In this document: positions 20,611-29,913 of the stretch, in pieces
How positions within the stretch are numbered: the stretch's first letter is position 1
Layout: each line of letters starts with the position of its first letter
Origin: Limnohabitans sp.
Lineage (GTDB): Bacteria; Pseudomonadota; Gammaproteobacteria; Burkholderiales; Burkholderiaceae_C
Assembly (NCBI GenBank): GCA_036834025.1
Contig: DAITOS010000001.1
Location: forward strand, 80,666-144,665
Reading direction: 5' to 3'
DNA length: 64,000 nt
Notes under the pieces: model-generated
Told to the model about the DNA's origin: nothing
The model's database searches: none
What the model saw: only the letters and a program-made list of their open reading frames with translations
Position numbers and translations under genes: made by a program

Positions 20611-21105
20611 ATGAAAACACCGATTATCGCCGTAGTCATGGGCTCCCAATCAGATTGGGAAACCATGGAACATGCAACGCGTATTCTGCACGAGTTTAGT
20701 ATTCCTTTTGAGACACAAGTCTTATCTGCTCATAGAATGCCGGATGCAATGTTTGCATTTGCTGAAAAAGCACTAAATCGTGGTTTAAAAGCGATTATTG
20801 CTGGCGCTGGAGGGGCTGCACATTTACCGGGAATGTTGGCTGCTAAAACTACAGTTCCCGTACTTGGCGTTCCGGTATCTAGTCGTCACTTAAACGGAGT
20901 CGACTCCCTTCACAGCATAGTTCAGATGCCAAAGGGTGTTCCAGTTGCAACTTTTGCAATCGGAACTGCTGGGGCGGCAAACGCTGCTTTGTTTGCCATA
21001 GCCATGTTGGCTATTGACGACTCAGCAGTTCAGGCAAAACTTTTGGCTTTTCGCGAACGCCAAACAAAAGAGGCTACGGACTCTAAATTACCGCCCCTTA
21101 ATTAA
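20611..21105 (+). CDS. purE: N5-carboxyaminoimidazole ribonucleotide mutase
   Basis: 164-aa ORF with VMGSQSDW, SAHRMP and GAGGAAHLPGM. Confidence 0.93.
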   Translation: MKTPIIAVVMGSQSDWETMEHATRILHEFSIPFETQVLSAHRMPDAMFAFAEKALNRGLKAIIAGAGGAAHLPGMLAAKTTVPVLGVPVSSRHLNGVDSLHSIVQMPKGVPVATFAIGTAGAANAALFAIAMLAIDDSAVQAKLLAFRERQTKEATDSKLPPLN

Positions 21106-21150
21106 TTTCACGGGTTCGAATCAAAAGCCGCCTCATTGCAAATTTTTCAA

Positions 21151-22398
21151 ATGAATCTCAAACCTCATGTTAAACCCCTTTTACCTGGTGCCACTTTGGG
21201 GGTTTTAGGCGGTGGACAATTGGGCAGGATGTTTGTGCACTGTGCGCAAAAGATGGGCTATAAAACTGCGGTCCTTGACCCTGACCCGCAAAGTCCAGCA
21301 GGCTTGGTAAGTCATCATCACATAGTCAATGATTTTACCGACCAAGACGCGCTAGCAAAGTTTGGACACTTATGTGACGCGGTTACTACTGAGTTTGAAA
21401 ACGTTCCTGCACAAGCTCTGGATACGCTTTCAAAACTGATTGTCGTCAACCCCAGCGGATTAGCCGTTTCAATAGCTCAAGACAGAATAAGGGAAAAGCA
21501 ACATTTTATAAATTGCAATGTACCAGTAGCGCCTCATGTTTTTATAAATACCGAAGAAGACCTGCGCATGGTAAGAGTCCAACATCTTCCAGGAATTCTC
21601 AAAACAGCACGTTTAGGCTATGACGGCAAAGGACAAATTCGCGTGAGGAGCTTAGAAGAGGTTTCTAATGCTTGGCTGAATTTAAAGGAGTATTCAGGCT
21701 CACCCATGCCCTGCGTTTTAGAAAAGCTTTTGCCTTTAGAGCTTGAGTGCTCGATTATTTTAGGCAGAAAAAGCAATGGACAGATAGTTCATTTACCGCC
21801 TCAAAAAAATATTCACAGAGATGGAATCTTGGCTTTAACTCAAGTGTACGACGGCTGCCTATCCTTAGCTCTTTCTTTGAAAATCATTGAATATGCAAAA
21901 TCCATTGCAAACGAACTGGATTACGTAGGCGTTTTGTGTGTCGAGTTTTTCGTCCTAAATAACGGCAACGATTCGCAGGACCCATACACGCTCGTTGTTA
22001 ATGAGATTGCCCCAAGGCCGCATAACAGTGGGCATTACAGTGTAGAAGCCTGCGATGTATCTCAATTTGAACTGCAGGTGCGCTGTTTGACGGATATGCC
22101 CTTGATTTCGCCTCGCCAACACAGCCCAGCTTTAATGCTCAACTTACTTGGAGACCTATGGGCTCAAGCAGACCAATCAAATGATTTACAAAATCAGTCG
22201 CACTCTTGGAAAGAACCAGACTGGGAAGCTATCTTAAACATCAAAGGTGCACACTTAAACTTATACGGCAAGGCATCTCCTCGTAAGTCTCGCAAAATGG
22301 GACATATTACATTTACTGGGGACAGCGTCACAGAACTTTATGATAACTTAGCCCTGGCAATCCAAATTTTAGGCATAGAGCCTTTTGATAAGCCATGA
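21151..22398 (+). CDS. purK: N5-carboxyaminoimidazole ribonucleotide synthase
   Basis: ATP-grasp ORF with LGVLGGGQLGRM and EIAPRPHNSGH. The ORF track starts at TTG 21136; the ATG at 21151 is preferred. Confidence 0.9.
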   Translation: MNLKPHVKPLLPGATLGVLGGGQLGRMFVHCAQKMGYKTAVLDPDPQSPAGLVSHHHIVNDFTDQDALAKFGHLCDAVTTEFENVPAQALDTLSKLIVVNPSGLAVSIAQDRIREKQHFINCNVPVAPHVFINTEEDLRMVRVQHLPGILKTARLGYDGKGQIRVRSLEEVSNAWLNLKEYSGSPMPCVLEKLLPLELECSIILGRKSNGQIVHLPPQKNIHRDGILALTQVYDGCLSLALSLKIIEYAKSIANELDYVGVLCVEFFVLNNGNDSQDPYTLVVNEIAPRPHNSGHYSVEACDVSQFELQVRCLTDMPLISPRQHSPALMLNLLGDLWAQADQSNDLQNQSHSWKEPDWEAILNIKGAHLNLYGKASPRKSRKMGHITFTGDSVTELYDNLALAIQILGIEPFDKP

Positions 22399-23438
22399 TT
22401 TTTCCTGGTCAAAACTCAGAGGCTTTAAAAAAGGCGGCCCATTTAATTTGCTCCGGAGAACTCGTTGGATTACCAACAGAGACCGTATACGGCCTATCAG
22501 CGGACGCTCTTAGCGATGAAGCAGTCTCAAAAATATACTCCCTTAAAGGTCGTCCAAGCAATCACCCGTTAATTGCACATTTGTTTTCTAAAGAGGAAAT
22601 TAAATATTTTGCAACCGATGTTCCAGATTACGCAAATAAATTAATTGATCGGCTTTGGCCTGGACCTCTTACGCTGATCCTGAAAAAGATCGATGGAATT
22701 GCTATGGGTTGTACTGCAAATGCCAAAAGCATTGCCCTTCGCTGTCCTGCTCACCCTGTTGCTCAGGCCTTATTAGGGGAATGTAGGGATTTGGGTATCC
22801 GGGGATTGGCTGCGCCTAGTGCAAATAGGTTTGGTCGTGTTAGTCCAACAACAGCGGAGCATGTACATGAGGAGTTTGGGGAGTCTCTTTTCATTTTAGA
22901 CGGCGGCCCCTGCGAGGTTGGTATAGAGTCTACGATCGTCGACTGTACGAGAGGCCAACCTATCGTTTTGCGTCCGGGAGTATTAACAATCCAAGAGCTC
23001 TCCTTGAGTGCCGGTCAACAAGTCCTAAGTGAAAAGGAATTCTCACGTCTTTTATCCCCTTTAAAGATAAAAGAGGCACGCGCCCCTAGCGCTTCAGGCA
23101 CCCTAGAATCACACTATGCACCTAAGGCATTAGTTAGACTATTGAGCCGAGAAGATTTGTTACTTAACTTTAGTCCTGCGGTGGCGGTGTCAAGCAGATT
23201 AGGGATTTGGAGCCAAGAAAAGGTCACGAGTAAAAGTGAAAGAATTTCACTTTTTTGGCGACAAATGCCCAATGACCCTCACGCTTGTGCAAAAGCGTTA
23301 TTTGCTCAACTTAGAGAGTTTGATTCGATTGGTGTAGAGGAAATATGGGTTGAAAAACCTCAAAATAGCCCAGAATGGGCTGGAATTAACGATCGTTTAC
23401 AACGTGCGGCCTATGCGGTTGGTACAGAACCCCGTTAA
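22395..23438 (+). CDS. tsaC: L-threonylcarbamoyladenylate synthase (long Sua5-type)
   Basis: 347-aa ORF with GLPTETVYGL, KGRPSNHPLI and an extra C-terminal Sua5 domain. Its ATG overlaps the purK stop (ATGA). Confidence 0.85.
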   Translation: MIFPGQNSEALKKAAHLICSGELVGLPTETVYGLSADALSDEAVSKIYSLKGRPSNHPLIAHLFSKEEIKYFATDVPDYANKLIDRLWPGPLTLILKKIDGIAMGCTANAKSIALRCPAHPVAQALLGECRDLGIRGLAAPSANRFGRVSPTTAEHVHEEFGESLFILDGGPCEVGIESTIVDCTRGQPIVLRPGVLTIQELSLSAGQQVLSEKEFSRLLSPLKIKEARAPSASGTLESHYAPKALVRLLSREDLLLNFSPAVAVSSRLGIWSQEKVTSKSERISLFWRQMPNDPHACAKALFAQLREFDSIGVEEIWVEKPQNSPEWAGINDRLQRAAYAVGTEPR

Positions 23439-23465
23439 ACTACTAGGATTGTCTGGAGATTTGGG

Positions 23466-25007
23466 ATGCTTTTGAATTTGTTTATTAAAAAATTAAGTAA
23501 GTTTGCTTTGTTGCTTCCAGTTACCTGGTTCGCATTTCTTAGCGGATGCGGGGTGGGTACTGTGCTAGATCCATTTGTACCTAATCGAATTATTGCTTTT
23601 GGGGATGCGTTCATGGATGTTCGCACACCTCGTTTCACGGTCAATGATGAAATACCTGCAAACGTAGATCCCACTTCTAATTATTTAACTGCAGCCACCT
23701 ACTCGCCCGCACAATTTCAAAACGGCACAGGCGGTCCTTTGTCGCCGACCAATTTTTACAATTACATTTTCAACTCTTATTTCTCAGTGCATGGTTTCAT
23801 AACGTCATCCACGAGAATTCCTAGTTATACGCCACTTTTGGCTGGGATCAATGTGTTTGCACCTGCAGTATTTGATTCAACAACATCCGTCATTGATGCG
23901 CCCATTAACCCAGAACTCACCGTGATTGAGCGTATGGCTGCTGATTACGGTTTTGGAGCGGTCGTCCCCATGAGCACCATCGCCTCCCATGCGGTGCCCT
24001 CAAACTCTGGTGTCTACTCTTTCGCTCAAGCAAATGCCTTAGTACTATCTCCCAACCAAAGTGCAGGAAGTATAGATACGCCTCAAAGCTATACCGCCAA
24101 TAACGGTACTGTGAGTTATCCCGCCGCCTCAACTCCTGCGCTCTCAATACAAGCTCAAATTGATTTATTTCTTGCAAACAACTCAATTTCTTCGTCTGAC
24201 ATGATTGTGATTAATGCGGGTAGCGCTGATATTATTTACAACGCTTTGTCCTCAGGTGGTGCATCGGGCGTGACCACAGCCGCTCAGAACTTTGTCACCC
24301 AAATCATGCGCTTACACAATGCAGGAGCCAAGCACATTGTGGTATTTGGCCCGCCCAACATGGGAAGATCCCCATTTGCCTACAAGTACAACCTAACAAG
24401 CGTTTTAAGTAATTACTCTAAAACTCTGTCAAGTGCTAACTGTATTGACTTTAACTGCGCAGTTGAATTTGGTTTGCAACAACAAATTGGTACTATTACT
24501 CAAAACCCAGTTTTGTTTGTTGATATTTCAAGTCAAACCAGTTTAATAACTGGTACAACCAATACGGGCAGTGCCAATACATATGCAAGTTTCGCAGATC
24601 CTTTATATGGTGTTCCTATTGCGATTCCTGGAGACCCTGCATTTCCAGATGCATCTGCTGCGGCTCCTGCAAATGCTACCGATGCAAACTATTATTGCAA
24701 CTCGACGAATATTCCTAAGGCTACTAACACGACGTATCCAAATCCTTTTTATATCAACGCACCGACTATTTCGGGTTCATATCCTAGTTTCGCAATTGGG
24801 GGCTCTGCGTGTTTTGCCAACCCAGTTTCGCCAACCAGTACCAATGCCGTACTCAACGGCTATGCAACTTTGGGGGCAAACTCTACCCCATATCTCTATA
24901 ACTACTTAAGTTATGCATACGCGGATCCCATTAATTACACACCATCGGTTCACCGGATGCTTGCAGATTTTATTTTAAGCAAACTCAGTCTTGCAAGTTG
25001 GAGATAA
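23466..25007 (+). CDS. lipoprotein, SGNH/GDSL-hydrolase-like with substituted catalytic residues
   Basis: 513-aa ORF. It has a signal peptide with the lipobox FLSGC, then RIIAFGDAFMD (GDS to GDA), INAGSADI (GxND to GSAD) and C-terminal ADPINYTPSVHRMLAD. It is rich in N/S/T/P/A. Confidence 0.6.
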   Translation: MLLNLFIKKLSKFALLLPVTWFAFLSGCGVGTVLDPFVPNRIIAFGDAFMDVRTPRFTVNDEIPANVDPTSNYLTAATYSPAQFQNGTGGPLSPTNFYNYIFNSYFSVHGFITSSTRIPSYTPLLAGINVFAPAVFDSTTSVIDAPINPELTVIERMAADYGFGAVVPMSTIASHAVPSNSGVYSFAQANALVLSPNQSAGSIDTPQSYTANNGTVSYPAASTPALSIQAQIDLFLANNSISSSDMIVINAGSADIIYNALSSGGASGVTTAAQNFVTQIMRLHNAGAKHIVVFGPPNMGRSPFAYKYNLTSVLSNYSKTLSSANCIDFNCAVEFGLQQQIGTITQNPVLFVDISSQTSLITGTTNTGSANTYASFADPLYGVPIAIPGDPAFPDASAAAPANATDANYYCNSTNIPKATNTTYPNPFYINAPTISGSYPSFAIGGSACFANPVSPTSTNAVLNGYATLGANSTPYLYNYLSYAYADPINYTPSVHRMLADFILSKLSLASWR

Positions 25008-25059
25008 GCTGAGGGTAAGCAAAAGTTAGTTTAAAAAAGATGCCCTCTTTAAGACTTTC

Positions 25060-26445
25060 CTAATGATCACCGACCCAATCTATAAGCGCATCCAAAACAG
25101 GCTTTGCAGATTGGGCTTGAGGGTGGTTGATGATTGCAACAATTATTAGTTGTTGATCTTTTTTGTTTTGTAAATAGCCTGCAATAGCCAAAACATCTTT
25201 AAGACTTCCTGTTTTTAGGTGTCCGTGCGTTTTGGCTTTGCTTTGTTTTAATGTACCGTCTACCCCAACCAGGGGTAACGATGAGGCAAGCTCTGGGTAG
25301 GTAGATTGTGCTAAATCCCAAACTAATAGTTTTGCCAAATCATCTGCACTCATTCGAGTGTCTCGGCTTAGACCAGACCCATTTACAAAGGTTGGCATGG
25401 GCCCAGATAGTTTTTCGGTCCACCATTTATTAAGAACTCCCAAAGAGGCCTCAGGAGATCCAGAGTTTTTAAAGGTCATACCCATTGTTAAAAAGAGTTG
25501 CTGAGCCATGACGTTGTTACTAAATTTATTGATTTCTCGGATTACTTCTGCCAATTGGGGGGACTCTAAGCTGAAGATTGGTTTTTGATTTCTAGGGGCT
25601 TCGCCAAACCTCACCTTGCCCGCCAAACTCCCACCAACCTGTCCCCACATCGCCGCAATTGCTTTATCTGCAAAGCTAGAAGGATCAACGTAAGCAATCG
25701 GCCAAAGACGCTCACCGCAACTTTGCGGGTATCCACCCCTAAACGTAATAACGTTTGGGTCTTGAAAACTTGCTCGCAATCCAGCTCTGTAATCTAAACA
25801 ATCTCCACTAATAAGAGGCGCAGTTTCTTGAGCATTTAACCCTTGAAGGGGGGGCTCCAAATGGATTCTTACCAATTTAGCTTGTAAGTCTGGAACAAAA
25901 CTAATAAGTAAAGATTTGAAATTTATCAACAAAGCATCTGGACTTGCGTTATAGGGTCTTAAGGGTTCTCCGTCAAAATCTCCAGCGTCTTGTAGGATTG
26001 GCTCAAAGGATTTGTGGTCCATTACGATATCGCCCGTAATTGATTTAATACCTAAACCTTTTACTCTTCGCATCAAAAGCCATAACCTCTCTACACCAAA
26101 GTGAGGATCCCCTTGTCCCTTGATGTATAAATTCCCCTTCAAAATACCCTCTTCAATGGGACCATCAATATAAACTTGTGTGGTCCACGTAAACGCAGGT
26201 CCTAAAAGATCCATTGCAGCACTAGTTGTAACCAATTTCATAAGCGAGGCAGGATTACGAGGTGTACTTGGATTAAAGCTGATTAAAGTCTGCAACCCCT
26301 CCTTCTTAAGAACTAAAACACTCAAAGACTCCATGGGTATTTTTAAGCGCCCCATCTCTGCTCGAACTGCCTCAGGTAAGGTGTCTGCGGCAAATGTGAC
26401 CTGAGAAGAAAGGAGGCCAAAACAAGCTATAAGTATTTGAATCAA
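25060..26445 (-). CDS. dacB: D-alanyl-D-alanine carboxypeptidase/endopeptidase (PBP4)
   Basis: PBP4 motifs ASLMKL (SxxK), SNN and KTGSL. The ORF-track start at 26781 runs through the divergent EamA gene. The in-frame TTG at 26445 gives a signal peptide MIQILIACFGLLSSQVTFA/AD; TTG at 26484 is an alternative. Confidence 0.8.
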   Translation of the reverse strand: MIQILIACFGLLSSQVTFAADTLPEAVRAEMGRLKIPMESLSVLVLKKEGLQTLISFNPSTPRNPASLMKLVTTSAAMDLLGPAFTWTTQVYIDGPIEEGILKGNLYIKGQGDPHFGVERLWLLMRRVKGLGIKSITGDIVMDHKSFEPILQDAGDFDGEPLRPYNASPDALLINFKSLLISFVPDLQAKLVRIHLEPPLQGLNAQETAPLISGDCLDYRAGLRASFQDPNVITFRGGYPQSCGERLWPIAYVDPSSFADKAIAAMWGQVGGSLAGKVRFGEAPRNQKPIFSLESPQLAEVIREINKFSNNVMAQQLFLTMGMTFKNSGSPEASLGVLNKWWTEKLSGPMPTFVNGSGLSRDTRMSADDLAKLLVWDLAQSTYPELASSLPLVGVDGTLKQSKAKTHGHLKTGSLKDVLAIAGYLQNKKDQQLIIVAIINHPQAQSAKPVLDALIDWVGDH

Positions 26446-26467
26446 ATTTAAATACGATAATGCATGT

Positions 26468-27487
26468 ATGAATAACCCAAACAATGTCCCTATTGATCGT
26501 TTGCAACCAGACTTAACCCAAACACCGAACTTAATACGCGGAGTTTTTTTTGCACTGGTGACAATTGTTATTTGGGTTGGATTTATTATCATTGCAAAGG
26601 CCTCCTCACACGGATCGTTAACTGGACTCGACATTGCTGCACTTCGTATTTTAGGTGCCTCAATTATTTTGTTACCTTTAGGATTTTGGATCAACAAAAA
26701 TAAAAGTCCGCTCCCCCTTAAGGATAGTGTAAGTAAAGACTCATCTTTTGCTGGATTATCACCACTAAGCTTTAAACTCACCGCTACATTGGGACTAAGC
26801 GGGGGGTTGCTCTATGCCCTGTTTGCATATAGTGGATTTTTCTTCGCTCCAGCAGCACACGCTGCTGTTTTACTCCCTGGTAGTCTTCCTCTTTGGACAA
26901 GTTTGATAGCATTTTTCATATTAAATGAAAGTATTGCAAAATACCGCCTATTTGGGCTTGCACTTATTTTAGGAGGTGATTTAATCGTCGGTGGTCCCAG
27001 CCTAGTAAATTCACTGGGCGAACAAAGTATTTGGCGCGGAGATCTTCTTTTTATTTTAGCTAGTATCGCCTGGTCTTATTATGCGGTGATGGTCCGTTCA
27101 CGCCAAGTCAAACCAGTGTACGCAACCACTGCAATAACAGTTTTTGTTTTCTTTACTTACTTGCCAAGTTATATTTTTCTTTGCATGACCGGATTATTAA
27201 AGACCAACATATGGGAAACTTCATTAGACACTTTATTATTTCAAATGTTTTTTCAGGGTGTTTTATCCGTCGTCGTTTCTGGGATCACTTTTAACCAAAT
27301 GGTTCGATATTTTGGTCCTGTTCGCACCACGATGATGACCGCCGTTGTGCCGGCTTTAGCGGCATTGGGAGCAAGCATTTTTTTAGAGGAACATTTAAGC
27401 ACTAATGTGATTATGGGTTTGATATTGGTCACACTTGGTATTTTTTTTGGTATTGGATCAAGATCAGTCAAAGCTCGCACCACATAA
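26468..27487 (+). CDS. EamA/DMT-family transporter
   Basis: 339-aa ORF with about 10 TM segments in two EamA-like repeats. Confidence 0.75.
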   Translation: MNNPNNVPIDRLQPDLTQTPNLIRGVFFALVTIVIWVGFIIIAKASSHGSLTGLDIAALRILGASIILLPLGFWINKNKSPLPLKDSVSKDSSFAGLSPLSFKLTATLGLSGGLLYALFAYSGFFFAPAAHAAVLLPGSLPLWTSLIAFFILNESIAKYRLFGLALILGGDLIVGGPSLVNSLGEQSIWRGDLLFILASIAWSYYAVMVRSRQVKPVYATTAITVFVFFTYLPSYIFLCMTGLLKTNIWETSLDTLLFQMFFQGVLSVVVSGITFNQMVRYFGPVRTTMMTAVVPALAALGASIFLEEHLSTNVIMGLILVTLGIFFGIGSRSVKARTT

Positions 27488-27528
27488 AAAAATCAAGTTC
27501 TACAAACCTCCTTGCCGGTCGTATTTTC

Positions 27529-28287
27529 ATGAAAATTCTTGCTCTTGAAGCTAGCGCCAACAATGTATCTATAGCTATTCAACATGGTCTAAATAGAGTT
27601 CATGATGAAATGCCATCCAATTCAAAGAGCTCATCTTGGTTAATACCTAGGATCATGCAACTTTTAGGCGATTCGAATCTTCACTTAGAGGAGTTAGATA
27701 GCATTGCATTTGGGCGAGGCCCAGGCGCCTTTACCGGACTGAGAACCGTTTGTTCGGTCGTGCAGGGGCTCACCTTGGGATTGGGATTAGACTTGCAGCC
27801 CCAGATTTTGGGTTTAGACACTTTAATGGAGTTGGCTCAGGACGCTTATAACAAAACACAATTTACTGGCAAAGGCGAGAATAAAACTCAGCGGTTTTTA
27901 AGTGTATTGGATGCACGGATGGATCAATGGTATGTAGGAGCCTATGAGCACAGTGACGAAAAGTGGTCAACAAAACTACGACCAGTGGTCTGTAGCCCAT
28001 TACAGTTAGAGATCCCTGAGAGTTGGGAAGGTTTAGATTTTTTCGTTGCCGGAAATATCAATACCAGTCTTATCACGGAGGTGTTAAAAACCAAAAATGT
28101 TACCTCTCAAGCTACTTTTTTTGATTCATCCCCGCACGCTTGTCTTTGTCTTGATTTAGCGATGAGGTATTCACGAATAATTGATTTACAAATCGAGCGT
28201 TTAGCGACCCCTTTATACATCAGAGACCGAGTGGCTTTAACCACTGTTGAGCGGGAAACCCTCAAAACAAGCGCATCCAGTTCATAA
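27529..28287 (+). CDS. tsaB: tRNA t6A37 threonylcarbamoyl transferase complex subunit TsaB
   Basis: 252-aa ORF with MKILALEAS and GRGPGAFTGLR, followed by rimI as in the conserved tsaB-rimI pair. Confidence 0.8.
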   Translation: MKILALEASANNVSIAIQHGLNRVHDEMPSNSKSSSWLIPRIMQLLGDSNLHLEELDSIAFGRGPGAFTGLRTVCSVVQGLTLGLGLDLQPQILGLDTLMELAQDAYNKTQFTGKGENKTQRFLSVLDARMDQWYVGAYEHSDEKWSTKLRPVVCSPLQLEIPESWEGLDFFVAGNINTSLITEVLKTKNVTSQATFFDSSPHACLCLDLAMRYSRIIDLQIERLATPLYIRDRVALTTVERETLKTSASSS

Positions 28288-28303
28288 GTTGTAACTACTC
28301 TTC

Positions 28304-28816
28304 ATGGATTACAAATTAGCCTCCTTACATTTCGATGAGAAAAGTCATCTTGAACTACGCAAGTTAACGTCGCAAGATTTGGACTCTTTGATCATGGTTG
28401 AATCAGTTTCTTACTCACACCCATGGACTCGTATTAATTTTTTAGACTCCCTTGAGGCTGGCTATTTAATGCAAGGGATTTTTAAAGTTGACCAAAGAAA
28501 TAAGGTCTCAACCTTGATAGGCTATTTTGTTGCGATGAAAGGGGTTGATGAATATCATCTGTTAAACATTACTGTTGCCCCCTCGTTTCAGCGCAGAGGC
28601 TTTGCTAATCACATGCTTGACGTACTCAAGCAATCAAGCATGGAGTTATCTCTGCATTGGATTTGGCTTGAAGTAAGAGCCAGTAACGCAGGGGCAATTG
28701 CCCTTTATACTGCTTATGGTTTTAATATAACGGGCGAACGTAAAAATTATTATCCTTATGGCAAACTGGGCTCTAGTCGGCGCGAAAACGCGGTGCTCAT
28801 GAGTTTTAAAATTTAA
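28304..28816 (+). CDS. rimI: ribosomal-protein-alanine N-acetyltransferase
   Basis: 170-aa GNAT ORF with VAPSFQRRGFANHML and LEVRASNAGAIALY. Confidence 0.8.
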   Translation: MDYKLASLHFDEKSHLELRKLTSQDLDSLIMVESVSYSHPWTRINFLDSLEAGYLMQGIFKVDQRNKVSTLIGYFVAMKGVDEYHLLNITVAPSFQRRGFANHMLDVLKQSSMELSLHWIWLEVRASNAGAIALYTAYGFNITGERKNYYPYGKLGSSRRENAVLMSFKI

Positions 28817-28818
28817 AT

Positions 28819-29847
28819 ATGCAACTGGACTCTCGTCAAATCAAAATTCTTCAAGAGATGGGCTTACCCACCTCCCTATATGCCATTCGCAGCAATGGCC
28901 AAACTCAAGTTGCCCTTGATGTCGCTGAATCATCTCATGAGCCTTCTAAACTTAATTCTCCCACGACAAATCATTTGGCACCGTCAAAGGTTCAAACGGT
29001 AGAAATCGGTCTTCACCGTACTAGCTTAGGTATCGTTAAAGAGCCTAATCAAGGTCCAATTACCAACCAAGTGAGTAACCAACATATTTCTCTAGAACCT
29101 CGCCAAGTCTCAGCGTTTGGGCCCATAATCGCCCAAAATTACGATCTACTGCAGGTTGCCGACCTCAGCTGGGGGGAGTTAAAAGCCAAAGCAGCTGGCT
29201 GTCTTTCTTGTGAAATCTCAAAGACTCGCAAATATGTGTCTTTTGGTTCGCAGATTGATATTCATAGCAATAAAAAACTACCCCCTCTCCCAGCTGATTG
29301 TGTCGAGGACTTAGACTGGTTAGTTATAGATTTCATGCCATCTGATGTTGAAGATCAAACCAGGAATCCACTCGCAAGTGAAACTGGCGAATTACTCAGC
29401 AGTATGTTAAAAGCCCTCTTGCAAATCGATAAGCTCAAGATTGGTGGCGATACAGATGGGTTTAAGAATTTGAAATCTATGGCTTTGATTAATGCAGTGA
29501 AATGCCACGCCCCTGGGGGTCGAAGTGCACATCCTTTTGAGGTGCAACAATGCAGTTCATATTTACAAAGACAGATCGAGCTCTTAAAACCTAAAGCTTT
29601 GCTGATTTTAGGAATGCATGCATACAAAGCTGTTTTCATCAATAAAAACAAAAATGATAGTTCTAACTTAACTCAACAAATTCCATTCGCTCAACTCAGG
29701 AGTGAAAAACACAATTACGATCACATACCTGCATTTGTAACTTATCACCCAAGTTATTTGCTTACCCACCCCGAGGATAAATCTAAAGTATGGCTAGACC
29801 TGTGTAGGGCACATCAAGAGATTTTCGCTCTAAAATTGGATGCATAG
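28819..29847 (+). CDS. uracil-DNA glycosylase superfamily protein (family-4-like, divergent active site, long N-terminal extension)
   Basis: 342-aa ORF. The C-terminal ~210 aa align by eye to family 4 UDG, with the Fe-S cysteines CLSC, KCHAP and QQC, and motif B YHPSYLL. Motif A GE(A/G)PG reads DFMPS, and GRPFVG reads RNPLAS. Confidence 0.65.
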   Translation: MQLDSRQIKILQEMGLPTSLYAIRSNGQTQVALDVAESSHEPSKLNSPTTNHLAPSKVQTVEIGLHRTSLGIVKEPNQGPITNQVSNQHISLEPRQVSAFGPIIAQNYDLLQVADLSWGELKAKAAGCLSCEISKTRKYVSFGSQIDIHSNKKLPPLPADCVEDLDWLVIDFMPSDVEDQTRNPLASETGELLSSMLKALLQIDKLKIGGDTDGFKNLKSMALINAVKCHAPGGRSAHPFEVQQCSSYLQRQIELLKPKALLILGMHAYKAVFINKNKNDSSNLTQQIPFAQLRSEKHNYDHIPAFVTYHPSYLLTHPEDKSKVWLDLCRAHQEIFALKLDA

Positions 29848-29913
29848 TTCCAATGTATTTGCTTAGATTTTTTATTCTCAAGCTTAACTCCAATTACTTT
29901 TAAATTAAGAAAT

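Noticed and set aside
21109-21125. tRNA T-loop-like motif GGGTTCGAATC between purE and purK
   Set aside because: The flanks cannot form a T-stem or acceptor stem, and the upstream 70 nt are purE coding sequence. The match is coincidental.
23917-24909. 89-aa minus-strand and 112-aa plus-strand alternative-frame ORFs inside the lipoprotein gene
   Set aside because: They are overlapping shadow frames with Arg/Leu/His-rich low-complexity translations. The lipoprotein frame has a signal peptide and family motifs.
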